Assembly (NCBI GenBank): GCA_965248925.1
Contig: CBDFLE010000004.1
Location: forward strand, 64,001-128,000
DNA length: 64,000 nt
From: Candidatus Multivoradales bacterium
Lineage (GTDB): Bacteria; Acidobacteriota; Thermoanaerobaculia; Multivoradales; J023
Direction of reading: 5' to 3'
The notes under the pieces are model-generated. The model made no database searches. It saw only the letters and a list, made by a program, of their open reading frames with translations, and was not told the DNA's origin. Position numbers and translations under genes: made by a program. This document shows, one piece after another, positions 1-8,183 of this stretch; the stretch's first letter is position 1, and the number at the start of each line of letters is the position of its first letter.

Positions 1-130
1 CGAGCAGCACTGTTTCGAGGTCGAGTTGCGGCGGCCGTTGGGAGAAGTTCGCTTGCGGCTCTTGCCCCATGTGCTCGACTTCACCGGCTTTCACCACCTC
101 GGTGGGCCGTGGTGGGAGGCGCGAATTTAG
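1..130 (+). CDS. 3' end of an unidentified CDS (partial)
   Basis: Frame 2 is open from the window edge to TAG at 128-130 (…LDFTGFHHLGGPWWEARI*), just before the next ATG at 133. Confidence 0.35.
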   Translation, partial: EQHCFEVELRRPLGEVRLRLLPHVLDFTGFHHLGGPWWEARI

Positions 131-132
131 AC

Positions 133-1887
133 ATGTCGGGATTGACCAATAAGGGGCGTTGGGGCAACCTGGCCGGGTTCAAACTCGGACCGGAAATGCC
201 GCTACCGCGGTTGCTGTCGTGGACCGCCTTGATCTCTACCTTGGGGCTGCTGCTGATCGGCGGGTTGTTCTATGGCCGCGACAGTTGGCCGGCGCTGCTG
301 CCCGGCGAAGCGACCTACTTGGCGCAGGCCAGCAGTCTGCTGGAAGACGGCGATCTGCGTTATGAGCGCGGCGACTTCGAGCGTCTGCTGACCGCCTGGG
401 GCGGTGAGCCCACGGATCTGGAGCTGGCCACCGGCTCGGCCGGCCGCTGGATCACTTTTGATCGGTCCTTCCCCTATTCCCTGTGGTTGGCACCCTTCAT
501 GGCCTTGCTACCGCGCAGTGGCTTTGCCTTGGCCAACGCCTTATTACTGGCGCTGGCTGCCTGCGCGGCTGGGCGCGTGTTGCAGCGTCGTCTCGGTGAT
601 CTGGCGCCGCTGTGGGTGACTTTGCTGGTCTTGGCCTCGACAGTCTTCATCGAGGTCTTTCAGGTCGATGGCGATCTTTTCTTGCTGGCCTTGACGGTGC
701 TGGCGTTCTCGCTGATCGACGATCCGCAGAGTGGTGCTCGCAATGGCATGCTCGCCGGCACGCTGCTGGCGGTGGTGTTTATCACCGAGCCGCTGTACTT
801 GGCATTGCTGCTGGCCGCCTGGTGGATCGCCTCTCGGCCGGCCAAAAGGGGGCTCGGCCTGGGGTTCCTGGCAGCGTTGCTGGGGTTGGTGTTGGTCGGC
901 TGGTGGGTTGGCGGTGGGTTGACCTTCGTCGCCGTCGAGCGCTTTCGTTTCACCGCCGAGACCGGTTTTCCGCTGCTCGACTTCACCGCCGGCGAGTGGC
1001 GCCAGCGGGTGCGAGAGCTGGCCGCCTTTCATTGGCGGGGTGCGCCGCAGCTGAGCTGGGGCCTGGATCTCGGTCTGTGGTGGTGGAATGGCATCTACCT
1101 GTGGCTGGGTCGGCATATCGGCCTGTTGCCCTACTTCCCGGCCCTGCTATTGCTGGCCTTGGGTTGGAGCCGGGGGCGGCGCGGGCTGGGATTGGCGTTG
1201 GCACTGATGGCCTGGGTGGTCGGCTTGTTGCTCTTCGAGCCCTTTACCCTTGCCGGGCTGGGAGGCACGTTGGGCAACGGCGCTTTCTTGCCGGTTTTTG
1301 GCGCTCTGTGGTTTGGCCTCAGCGGGCGGTTGAAGACCTGGCTGTGGGGATTGCCGGTTCTCGGGCTGGCGGTTCTCTTCCTGCTGCCGATGTGGCTGGC
1401 ACCTTGGATGTCGCCGCGCGACTCGCTGGGTGACTACCGGCATCTCAGTGCCGCCGCCGCCCGGTTGCCTTTCGAGACCAGTCAGCGCTACGCACCCGTG
1501 GCGGACGAGGGGCGGCTGAACAGTTTCTGGGTGCGTTCGCTGGCCCCTAGCTGTTGGGTCGAATCCGGACGCGAGCGTTTGGTCATGAGTGGCACTGAGC
1601 CGGTGCGTCTGCTGGTGGCTAGCGAACTCGAGCTGGATTTCCTCAGCCTCCGTTTCGGTGCTCAGGCACCGAGTCGACTTGAGGTGCAGCTCGGCAGCTT
1701 GGAAGAGCGAGTGTTGCAGGCCGACGGCGGCATTCTTTTTCGTCTGCGTCCCAGCCTGTTGCAGCGCAGCCACCCCTCGTGGTGGACACCGCAGCGCCTG
1801 TACCTGTACGAGATCACTTTTGAATTGCCGGACATCGGCAGCGACCCCCTTCCCTTCGTGCTCGGTGGTGAAGTGCGGGGCGATTGA
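133..1887 (+). CDS. Multi-pass membrane protein, probable GT-C-type glycosyltransferase-like
   Basis: Many hydrophobic segments; EATY…ASSLLEDGDLRY motif in the first extracytoplasmic loop; start uncertain (109/133/196). Confidence 0.5.
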   Translation: MSGLTNKGRWGNLAGFKLGPEMPLPRLLSWTALISTLGLLLIGGLFYGRDSWPALLPGEATYLAQASSLLEDGDLRYERGDFERLLTAWGGEPTDLELATGSAGRWITFDRSFPYSLWLAPFMALLPRSGFALANALLLALAACAAGRVLQRRLGDLAPLWVTLLVLASTVFIEVFQVDGDLFLLALTVLAFSLIDDPQSGARNGMLAGTLLAVVFITEPLYLALLLAAWWIASRPAKRGLGLGFLAALLGLVLVGWWVGGGLTFVAVERFRFTAETGFPLLDFTAGEWRQRVRELAAFHWRGAPQLSWGLDLGLWWWNGIYLWLGRHIGLLPYFPALLLLALGWSRGRRGLGLALALMAWVVGLLLFEPFTLAGLGGTLGNGAFLPVFGALWFGLSGRLKTWLWGLPVLGLAVLFLLPMWLAPWMSPRDSLGDYRHLSAAAARLPFETSQRYAPVADEGRLNSFWVRSLAPSCWVESGRERLVMSGTEPVRLLVASELELDFLSLRFGAQAPSRLEVQLGSLEERVLQADGGILFRLRPSLLQRSHPSWWTPQRLYLYEITFELPDIGSDPLPFVLGGEVRGD

Positions 1888-1897
1888 GGGAGAGACA

Positions 1898-2494
1898 ATG
1901 AGCGACCCGCAATGGCAGAGTTGGATTATCGAGCTGCGCCGCCGTCTGCAGCTGCCGGTGGCGCGTCGCCTTCCCCCCAGCGATCATCGGCAGGCCGCGG
2001 TGCTGGTGCCGCTCTACGTTGATGCAGGGGAGCTGTGGGTGCTGCTCACCAAGCGCTCAGAGGAGCTACCGCACCACAAAGGCCAGATCGCCTTTCCCGG
2101 CGGCAGTCTGGAACCGGGGGAGGATGCTTGGGACGGTGCCTTGCGTGAGACCCACGAAGAGTTGGGTATCGAGCCGCAGCGCGTGCTGCGCATCGGCGAA
2201 CTCGATGAATCCGAGACGCCGAGCGGCTTTCGCATCGTCCCCTGCGTCGGAGCGGTGCCCTTTCCGGTCGAGACCCAGCCGAATCCGGGCGAGATCGAAG
2301 AAGTTTTCCCGGTTCCCCTCTCGGCCTTCACCAATTCGACGATGATCGAAGACCGGGTGGTCGAGATCGATGGCAAGAAACTCATGTTGCGCCTCTATCA
2401 CGTCGCCGGCCGCACGGTTTGGGGTCTGACCGCCCGCATCGTCCAAATGCTGTTAGTGCGGCTCGGCATGGAGACCGAAGAGCTACCCAATTGA
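1898..2494 (+). CDS. CoA pyrophosphatase (Nudix hydrolase)
   Basis: AAVLVPL, LLTKRS…HKGQIAFPGG, Nudix box ALRETHEELG, VWGLTA; ATG at 1898 after GGGAGAG. Confidence 0.92.
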   Translation: MSDPQWQSWIIELRRRLQLPVARRLPPSDHRQAAVLVPLYVDAGELWVLLTKRSEELPHHKGQIAFPGGSLEPGEDAWDGALRETHEELGIEPQRVLRIGELDESETPSGFRIVPCVGAVPFPVETQPNPGEIEEVFPVPLSAFTNSTMIEDRVVEIDGKKLMLRLYHVAGRTVWGLTARIVQMLLVRLGMETEELPN

Positions 2495-2555
2495 GCCCAT
2501 TGCTGGATTGGCGCGGGAGACTCGTGGTTGTGCGATCTAGTGGCTACCTTGCCCT

Positions 2556-3209
2556 CTACGGCTCCACCCAAGAGCCGTCGTCGCTGAGGGCCGGATAGGG
2601 CTTGGCCTGGCGCCGGAACTGCTCTGCGTGTTTGGGATAGCACCACTCGAAGAGCAGCTGCTCAAACCGCCCGCTGGAGATTCGTGGCTGATCATAGAGT
2701 CCCGCCCTTGCCCTCTGCCGTTGAGCTTCGTAGAGAATCACCGCACCCGCCACTGAGACATTCAACGATTGGCCGGCTCCCATCATCGGAATCACAATGC
2801 AGCCATCGGCCACCGCCAGTGCTGATTCGCCGATCCCCTCGCGTTCGGCGCCGAGCAAGATCGCGGTCGGCTGGGTGTAGTCGGCGTCGCGGTAGTCGAT
2901 GGCGTCGGCGGTGAAATGGGCAGCAAGGATCTGGCAGTCGAGAGTTTGCCGTAGGTGCTCAGCAGCAGTCTCGTGGTCAGGGTGAGTGATCACCTTGACC
3001 CACTTGCGCACCCCGCCGGCACTCTGGTGAGAAGGTTTGAAACTGTCCTTCGGCGAAACCGCGTGGATCTCCATCACCCCCACCGCGTCGGCGGTGCGGA
3101 CCAAGGCGGAGACATTGTGCTCATTCTGAACGTTGTCGACGAAGACCGTTAGATCGGGCTGCTTGTGAGCAAGCACCTGGCGGAGTCGGCGGAAACGACG
3201 AGGAGTCAT
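2556..3209 (-). CDS. trmH: tRNA (guanosine-18 2'-O)-methyltransferase, SpoU family
   Basis: MTPRRFRR…QPDLTV…HNVSALVRTADAVG, GAEREGI, IPMMGAGQSLNVSVA. Confidence 0.9.
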   Translation of the reverse strand: MTPRRFRRLRQVLAHKQPDLTVFVDNVQNEHNVSALVRTADAVGVMEIHAVSPKDSFKPSHQSAGGVRKWVKVITHPDHETAAEHLRQTLDCQILAAHFTADAIDYRDADYTQPTAILLGAEREGIGESALAVADGCIVIPMMGAGQSLNVSVAGAVILYEAQRQRARAGLYDQPRISSGRFEQLLFEWCYPKHAEQFRRQAKPYPALSDDGSWVEP

Positions 3210-3412
3210 TGGCGGATGATATCCGATTTTTAGCGGCAGCTGGTGCCACCGGCGCCTGGAAGGGTGAAGTCTTGGGGGTGTGAACTGCCTCTCAAATCGA
3301 CTGGGCCAGAACCAGGGGAGCACGGCACTCGACCATGGGCACCCGATACGAGCACCCATCGACGAGAAAGTGAACTTTACGAAGCTGAGAATCAGCAGCC
3401 GCTGCGGATGTT

Positions 3413-3437
3413 GCCGAGGCGGTAGGCACGTCGTTGG
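3413..3437. repeat. Post-immunity boundary motif, copy 3
   Basis: GCCGAGGCGGTAGGCACGTCGTTGG; 22/25 identical to 5780-5804. Confidence 0.8.
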
Positions 3438-3447
3438 GGACAGTACC

Positions 3448-3837
3448 CTACCGAGAGCGCCAACTAGCTTCAGGAACAGATCTTGCTACAACATCAATGC
3501 AATCATCATCTGTGAAAATTGCATAGTGAGTCAAGTCGAATTCTTCTAGCACGCCACCACTCTCTCTCTCAAGCCAAGCGACCCACTTAGAGTCTTCCAC
3601 TTCCAGGAGGCCCGGATGCGTCGGTGTTTCAAGCGTCCTCCAAGTCTCAAGCCTGTAACTCTCATCAATGCATCGGTATGCAACAACATCAGTAAATAAT
3701 AAGCGTAGAATATGTTCATTTGCTGTATCAATAAGTAAGAGTTCTAACCCGTCGGCTTCGTCCCTCAAGCTTAAAACGGTGAGTCTATGTGGGATGCCTG
3801 CAAGAGGGAGCCAGTCGCTATATTTCTCAACGTTCAC
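3448..3837 (-). CDS. Immunity protein for the distal orphan Rhs toxin
   Basis: 129 aa, acidic, lower GC, start overlaps the toxin stop by 1 nt. Confidence 0.8.
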   Translation of the reverse strand: MNVEKYSDWLPLAGIPHRLTVLSLRDEADGLELLLIDTANEHILRLLFTDVVAYRCIDESYRLETWRTLETPTHPGLLEVEDSKWVAWLERESGGVLEEFDLTHYAIFTDDDCIDVVARSVPEASWRSR

Positions 3838-5828
3838 TAATCCATCTCCAGAAATCGGATCTTAATCGGATTTGCTCCACCCTGAATCTCAAGCGTAGGC
3901 GAACCGGCTGAACTGCTCGGGCGAACAACAACTGTTCGGCCGTCGGGAAGTGTACCAACTCTGACGCCATTGCCCTTGTCCGTTACACCTTGAAGATGCA
4001 GTGCGTCAAAATCTGCGTTGGCTTGCTGAACTCCACCACTCCTCTCAAATTTCACTGCCCGGCCGTTTCTCATCTGGCCAGGATTTGTCCTCCTAGCGTC
4101 CGCGAGGATGTCATCTAGGCTCCCCCTTGGAACTGCGCGCGATCCCCGTTGAAAGACCTTACCAAGTCGAGCAAAGACAGCAGACAGCTTTGACCCAACA
4201 CTAGGAAGTGCTTTTCGAGTAACAGCGACAACAAGAGTCGTCTCGTCGACTGGCGAGAGAAGGCTGGCAGCAAACAGTGCTCCCATTCCCCGAGCATTGA
4301 TGTTCTCAATGTACTGCTCCTGGGTGATCTCGCCCCGCATCAAGCGCTGTATATCTTGTTCGAGAGCCATCGCCGCACGGCTTTCTCGCCCATTGGGGTC
4401 GATCTCGTTGATCGGGTTGTTTCCCGCATAGGAATAGCGGTTCCAGCTTCCCGGCGCGCTGGGCTTGGCGGACTTCGCCGGATCGACACTCAAGAACCGC
4501 CCCACCACCGGACTGCAATGCCGAGCATGCATGTAGTCCAGCTCGCTCCGGCTGCCTGTGCCCGTCTTGTCTCGCTCATGCCCTGTAAACTTCAGCTGGA
4601 TCTCGTCAGCTCCCGGGTTGGTCGCTTCCTGGCCAAACGGGTAATAGTTGTGCAGCGCCACCTGCTGACCACCCCGAGTGATCTGCCGAGGCGTACCTAA
4701 ATGATCAAGATGGAGATGTGAGGTCATCTCGCCACCGCTACCCTCGGGCTCGATGGTGGCGAGAGGCTGCCCGCCACGATGAACGTAGTCTCGGCTCCAG
4801 CCGAATGCGCCGCCAGCTGGCTGATCGTAGACCCGCAGAACCTCGTTCCCAAGCCCACGCAGGGTCCAGGTGAGGCTGGCGGGCTGGGTGGTGCAGGTGC
4901 TGGTGGCGCCGGGGCCGAAGCAGTCGAAGGTGAGGATCCGCTCGCCCTCTGCGTTGTAGATGTAGACCCGTGCTTGATCGGTGTTCGAGCGCAGGTGCTT
5001 CATCATGTTGGCGCCGTCGAAGGCATAGTCGAAGCTCTCGCTACCGAGGGTGATGTCGGTCAGATTGCCGGCCGCGTCGTATTGAGCGCCCGAGAGGCCG
5101 AGGCGATTGGTGGTGGCGTTGGGGTTGAGGTTGAGAGCCGCGAAACCGGGTGTTGATAGTTGCTGGATGTTGCCGAAATTGTCATAGGTCGCCGTCTGGG
5201 TGAACCGGGTGGCGCCGACGGAGGTCTGGCCGGAGCGTAATCGGCCGAGGCGGTCATAACGATAGTCCAGGTTGCCGATGGCGGAAATATTTCCAGCTCC
5301 GTCGTAGGCGAAGTTACCGCTGCTCCAGCCCGCAGAGGTGGTCAGCTGGTGCGGCCGGGCGAGGCCGTTCAAGCTGCTGACTTCTTGGCTGTCGACCACA
5401 CCATCGCCGTGGGTGAGCTGATGCAGCATGCCACCGCTCTGGTAGGTGAGGTTGTTGGCGAATCCAGGCACGGACCTGAGCATACCCTTTTCGTATTTGA
5501 AACTCACCGTGCGCTGCGGATCGTTGGTGGCACAGCCACCGTCGGCGTGCTGGCAGCTGGGGTAGTCGAGTTGCGACAAATTGCCCTGGGTGTCATACCC
5601 GAATCCCGTGGTGAAGGCGTAGTTGCCGGCGAAGAACTGGTAGCGAGTCTGCTTCTCCGACATCAAGCCCTGGCGACCGCTGTAGCGGAAGCTCTCGGAG
5701 AGCTTGACGTCGAGGGAGCCGGGCTCGGGGGCCAGGGGATTCTGGATGTCAACCCAGTTGTGGCGCACCGTCTGCACCAGCCGAGGCGGGTGGCACGTTG
5801 TTGGCATTGTTGCCGATGTGGGTGGCAT
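3837..5828 (-). CDS. Orphan Rhs module 2: YD repeats, Rhs core and C-terminal toxin
   Basis: HLDHLGTPR, FTGHERD, PVVGRFLSVDP, NNPINEIDPNG; tip ends GTLPDGRTVVVRPSSSAGSPTLEIQ…KIRF; N-terminally truncated copy of the main Rhs. Confidence 0.92.
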   Translation of the reverse strand: MPPTSATMPTTCHPPRLVQTVRHNWVDIQNPLAPEPGSLDVKLSESFRYSGRQGLMSEKQTRYQFFAGNYAFTTGFGYDTQGNLSQLDYPSCQHADGGCATNDPQRTVSFKYEKGMLRSVPGFANNLTYQSGGMLHQLTHGDGVVDSQEVSSLNGLARPHQLTTSAGWSSGNFAYDGAGNISAIGNLDYRYDRLGRLRSGQTSVGATRFTQTATYDNFGNIQQLSTPGFAALNLNPNATTNRLGLSGAQYDAAGNLTDITLGSESFDYAFDGANMMKHLRSNTDQARVYIYNAEGERILTFDCFGPGATSTCTTQPASLTWTLRGLGNEVLRVYDQPAGGAFGWSRDYVHRGGQPLATIEPEGSGGEMTSHLHLDHLGTPRQITRGGQQVALHNYYPFGQEATNPGADEIQLKFTGHERDKTGTGSRSELDYMHARHCSPVVGRFLSVDPAKSAKPSAPGSWNRYSYAGNNPINEIDPNGRESRAAMALEQDIQRLMRGEITQEQYIENINARGMGALFAASLLSPVDETTLVVAVTRKALPSVGSKLSAVFARLGKVFQRGSRAVPRGSLDDILADARRTNPGQMRNGRAVKFERSGGVQQANADFDALHLQGVTDKGNGVRVGTLPDGRTVVVRPSSSAGSPTLEIQGGANPIKIRFLEMD
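4480..5781. repeat. 1302-bp direct repeat of the rhs 3' region (partner 14555-15856)
   Basis: Same offset (10075) at both ends; near-identical protein from LVQTVRHNW to FLSVDP. Confidence 0.95.
5780..5804. repeat. Post-immunity boundary motif, copy 2
   Basis: GCCGAGGCGGGTGGCACGTTGTTGG; begins exactly where homology to the main rhs stops (5781). Confidence 0.8.
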
Positions 5829-5841
5829 GCCTGATGGAACC

Positions 5842-6300
5842 CTAGTCGGGCAGCGCCCTCAGAATATCCATGATGCCGGAGTAGTAGCTGCTCTCCTGTG
5901 GAGAAATCGATTTCATTTTGGAAAAAAAATGTAGGCCTGCCCTCTTGAAAGCTTCGAAAAATTCCATAGAGTACGCCTCAATTTCCTTTGATTCTCCATC
6001 CCACTCTAGCTTCATGACAACTCTCTGTGCCTTCTGAAAGTAGAGCACCGAGATGTCGATAGGCTGATCCGGGAAAGAAGTCGTGGCCTTCCCGTATTTC
6101 TTAGCTCTCGCAAGGCAGTCGACGACAAGTGACCAAAGCACTTCAATCAAGTCGCCATACTCTTCATCCATCAGTGTTCGAGAATCGCTGGAGACAAGAA
6201 GAACTCCGGCCAAGTACTCCGGGTCATGAATAAGCTGATCAAATTCATCCAAGGGAACAAAGTTCCCATTCTGTAGAAGAAGCGTACGAACAGAAACCAT
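5842..6300 (-). CDS. Immunity protein for orphan Rhs toxin 1
   Basis: 152 aa, low GC, TGATG overlap with the toxin stop. Confidence 0.8.
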   Translation of the reverse strand: MVSVRTLLLQNGNFVPLDEFDQLIHDPEYLAGVLLVSSDSRTLMDEEYGDLIEVLWSLVVDCLARAKKYGKATTSFPDQPIDISVLYFQKAQRVVMKLEWDGESKEIEAYSMEFFEAFKRAGLHFFSKMKSISPQESSYYSGIMDILRALPD

Positions 6301-7397
6301 CAGGCAGCACCTTCAGGAAATGCGGTGACGATTCGTCCGCGACGAACCACTACTCGATACACGATTCCATCAACGGTACCTCTCAAGACGACTCTCAAGT
6401 CGCTCCCTAACGCCATCCTGTTTCTGTTCTGCTGCAGCACGGCCCCAATTATCCCGGTGAGATCTTCGATCTTGCTACTGTCCGCAAAGAAACTCTGTAC
6501 TTTTGAGACTGACCCGTCCCAAAATTGGGGGTGATGCCGGCTCAAAATATGAGTCAGACCCTTGCGGTCAAGCTGAACAACGTTCTTTCCAAATCTGAAT
6601 CTTGTTGCTCGTATTCCTCGAGTTGCATTGGCGACTTTCTGTGGGCGAGCTACCCGAAGAAACAGCCTTGATGCCCGGGCAACCTTGACAGAAGCTGATG
6701 CTCCTCCAGGGATCCCAGGTACACTTGTCGCAGCTAAATCTAATGCGAGCGCTACGCTATCAACGATCACGCCACCTACATTTCCTGAGACGATATTCGT
6801 TGCCAAACTGGCAGTGCCGATGCTGACATTCGCTACATCCCAGACGGTTTCTATCGCCCGCCCATCCGGGTCGACAAAATTTATCGGACCGTTGGCACCG
6901 TATGTATATCGATTCCAGCTCTGTGGATGTGGAGTTGTGGCCGACTTCGCCGGATCCACACTCAAAAACCGCCCCACCACCGGGCTGCAATGCCGAGCAT
7001 GCATATAGTCCAGCTCGGAGCGGCTGCCGGTCCCGGTCTTGTCCCGCTCATGACCAGTGAATTTCAGCTGAATCTCATCCGCCCCCGAGTCGGTCGCCTC
7101 CTGGCCAAACGGGAAGTAGCCGTGCAACGCCACCTGCTGTCCGCCTCGGGTGAAGGGGACAGCCCGACGCGGTTTCCAGCTTGAGAGCTGGTAACCCTCT
7201 ATGCCTGTTCTACTTAAGCCTCGCTCGGCCCTACTGCCGGCGGGGTCTTGGTGCTCGAAGGTCCAGAGGCGAGTTTCGGCGTAGCTCGACTCGGAGATCG
7301 GCGCGATCGCTGTTGCCGGCATCGTCACCGCCAGGAGCGCGACGACCAGCCCGAGCGCCATCGTCCAAGTGCTTCTTCCTTTAGCTGCCTGCCTCAT
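6300..7397 (-). CDS. Signal-peptide leader fused in frame to orphan Rhs core and toxin 1 (probable RNase)
   Basis: Hydrophobic N-terminus MALGLVVALLAVTMPATA; Rhs core from TRGGQQVALH to NFVDPDG; tip has HILSRH…IVTAFP. Confidence 0.85.
   Translation of the reverse strand: MRQAAKGRSTWTMALGLVVALLAVTMPATAIAPISESSYAETRLWTFEHQDPAGSRAERGLSRTGIEGYQLSSWKPRRAVPFTRGGQQVALHGYFPFGQEATDSGADEIQLKFTGHERDKTGTGSRSELDYMHARHCSPVVGRFLSVDPAKSATTPHPQSWNRYTYGANGPINFVDPDGRAIETVWDVANVSIGTASLATNIVSGNVGGVIVDSVALALDLAATSVPGIPGGASASVKVARASRLFLRVARPQKVANATRGIRATRFRFGKNVVQLDRKGLTHILSRHHPQFWDGSVSKVQSFFADSSKIEDLTGIIGAVLQQNRNRMALGSDLRVVLRGTVDGIVYRVVVRRGRIVTAFPEGAA
6952..7153. repeat. 202-bp Rhs-core direct repeat (partner 14555-14756); terminal 32 bp identical
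   Basis: Offset 7603 at both ends; about 30 mismatches by manual count; 7122-7153 is identical to 14725-14756. Confidence 0.92.
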
Positions 7398-7478
7398 GCC
7401 GGGCCATTCTACGCCGCGGGTGGCGCTCGAAGACAGCGGCTAAAGGAGGAAGGGTGGTTGGTGCGGAGGCGGGATGCG

Positions 7479-7530
7479 GTTTTCTTAGGCCGCTTTCTTC
7501 GGGCAGTGGGTGTTTTCTTAGGTCGTTTTC
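7479..7530. repeat. Two 19-bp direct repeats, 33-bp period
   Basis: GTTTTCTTAGGCCGCTTTC (7479-7497) and GTTTTCTTAGGTCGTTTTC (7512-7530). Confidence 0.75.
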
Positions 7531-7861
7531 GTTGGGCTGGTCGTCGGAGCGAGCGCGGGTCTTTCCGGCAGTTTGGTGCCGGCGGCACAGAGGGCAGCCG
7601 CCAAACCAATCTGCACGTTGGGGGCGTGGTGGCGGCGGGGCCGGAGCCGAGCACGGCGACCGCAGGGCGCCGCGCGCAGGGTACGGAGGCCACGACGCAG
7701 GGCGGGTCTTGGGAGGAGGATGGGGAGCCCCCTTGAGGGGGCGGACGGGTCCGGGCCGAGCCGTCGCAGTGCAAGTCGGTGGATCTCGGCAAGGAGGCCA
7801 AGAGCGGGGCGTGCTTCCGAAGCCGCTGACCTTCGACGGCCACCAACGTGCTCGCCCCAAG

Positions 7862-7887
7862 TTTCCATAATGCACGCGTTATGGAAA
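7862..7887. other. dif/cer-like candidate tyrosine recombinase site
   Basis: TTTCCATAA-TGCACGCG-TTATGGAAA: perfect 9-bp arms, 8-bp spacer, CATAA/TTATG inner ends as in dif. Confidence 0.7.
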
Positions 7888-7923
7888 GGCCGTAGGCCCG
7901 GAGCCGGGGCGTGTGAGGGCCAG

Positions 7924-7949
7924 GTCGGATAGGGCGCGCACTATCCGAC
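7924..7949. other. Second 9-8-9 palindrome related to the first
   Basis: GTCGGATAG-GGCGCGCA-CTATCCGAC; central 16 bp (reverse complement) match site 1 at 12/16. Confidence 0.6.
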
Positions 7950-8183
7950 AGCGACCCATGCAAGCCGCGTGACATCTGGGAGGTCCGAGGAGGGGCCCAG
8001 GTGGCGCGCGGCTTGCGGAGCGGCTGGCCCGTGCCCGGAGGGAGCGCAGCGACCGGAGGGACACACGCCCCGGCGGAGCTTGGGGCGAGCTTTCGGAGAC
8101 TCTTTTCTTGGACTACCTGAAGCCTCGCTCCGGGCCGGTGATCGGAGGGCTCAGGTGGTGGATCGCAGATGCTCGGGCGGGGG

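Noticed and set aside
3406-3417. GGATGTTGCCGA matches rhs sequence near 5165-5176, hinting at a fourth orphan
   Set aside because: Only 12 bp, and the frame stops within a few codons
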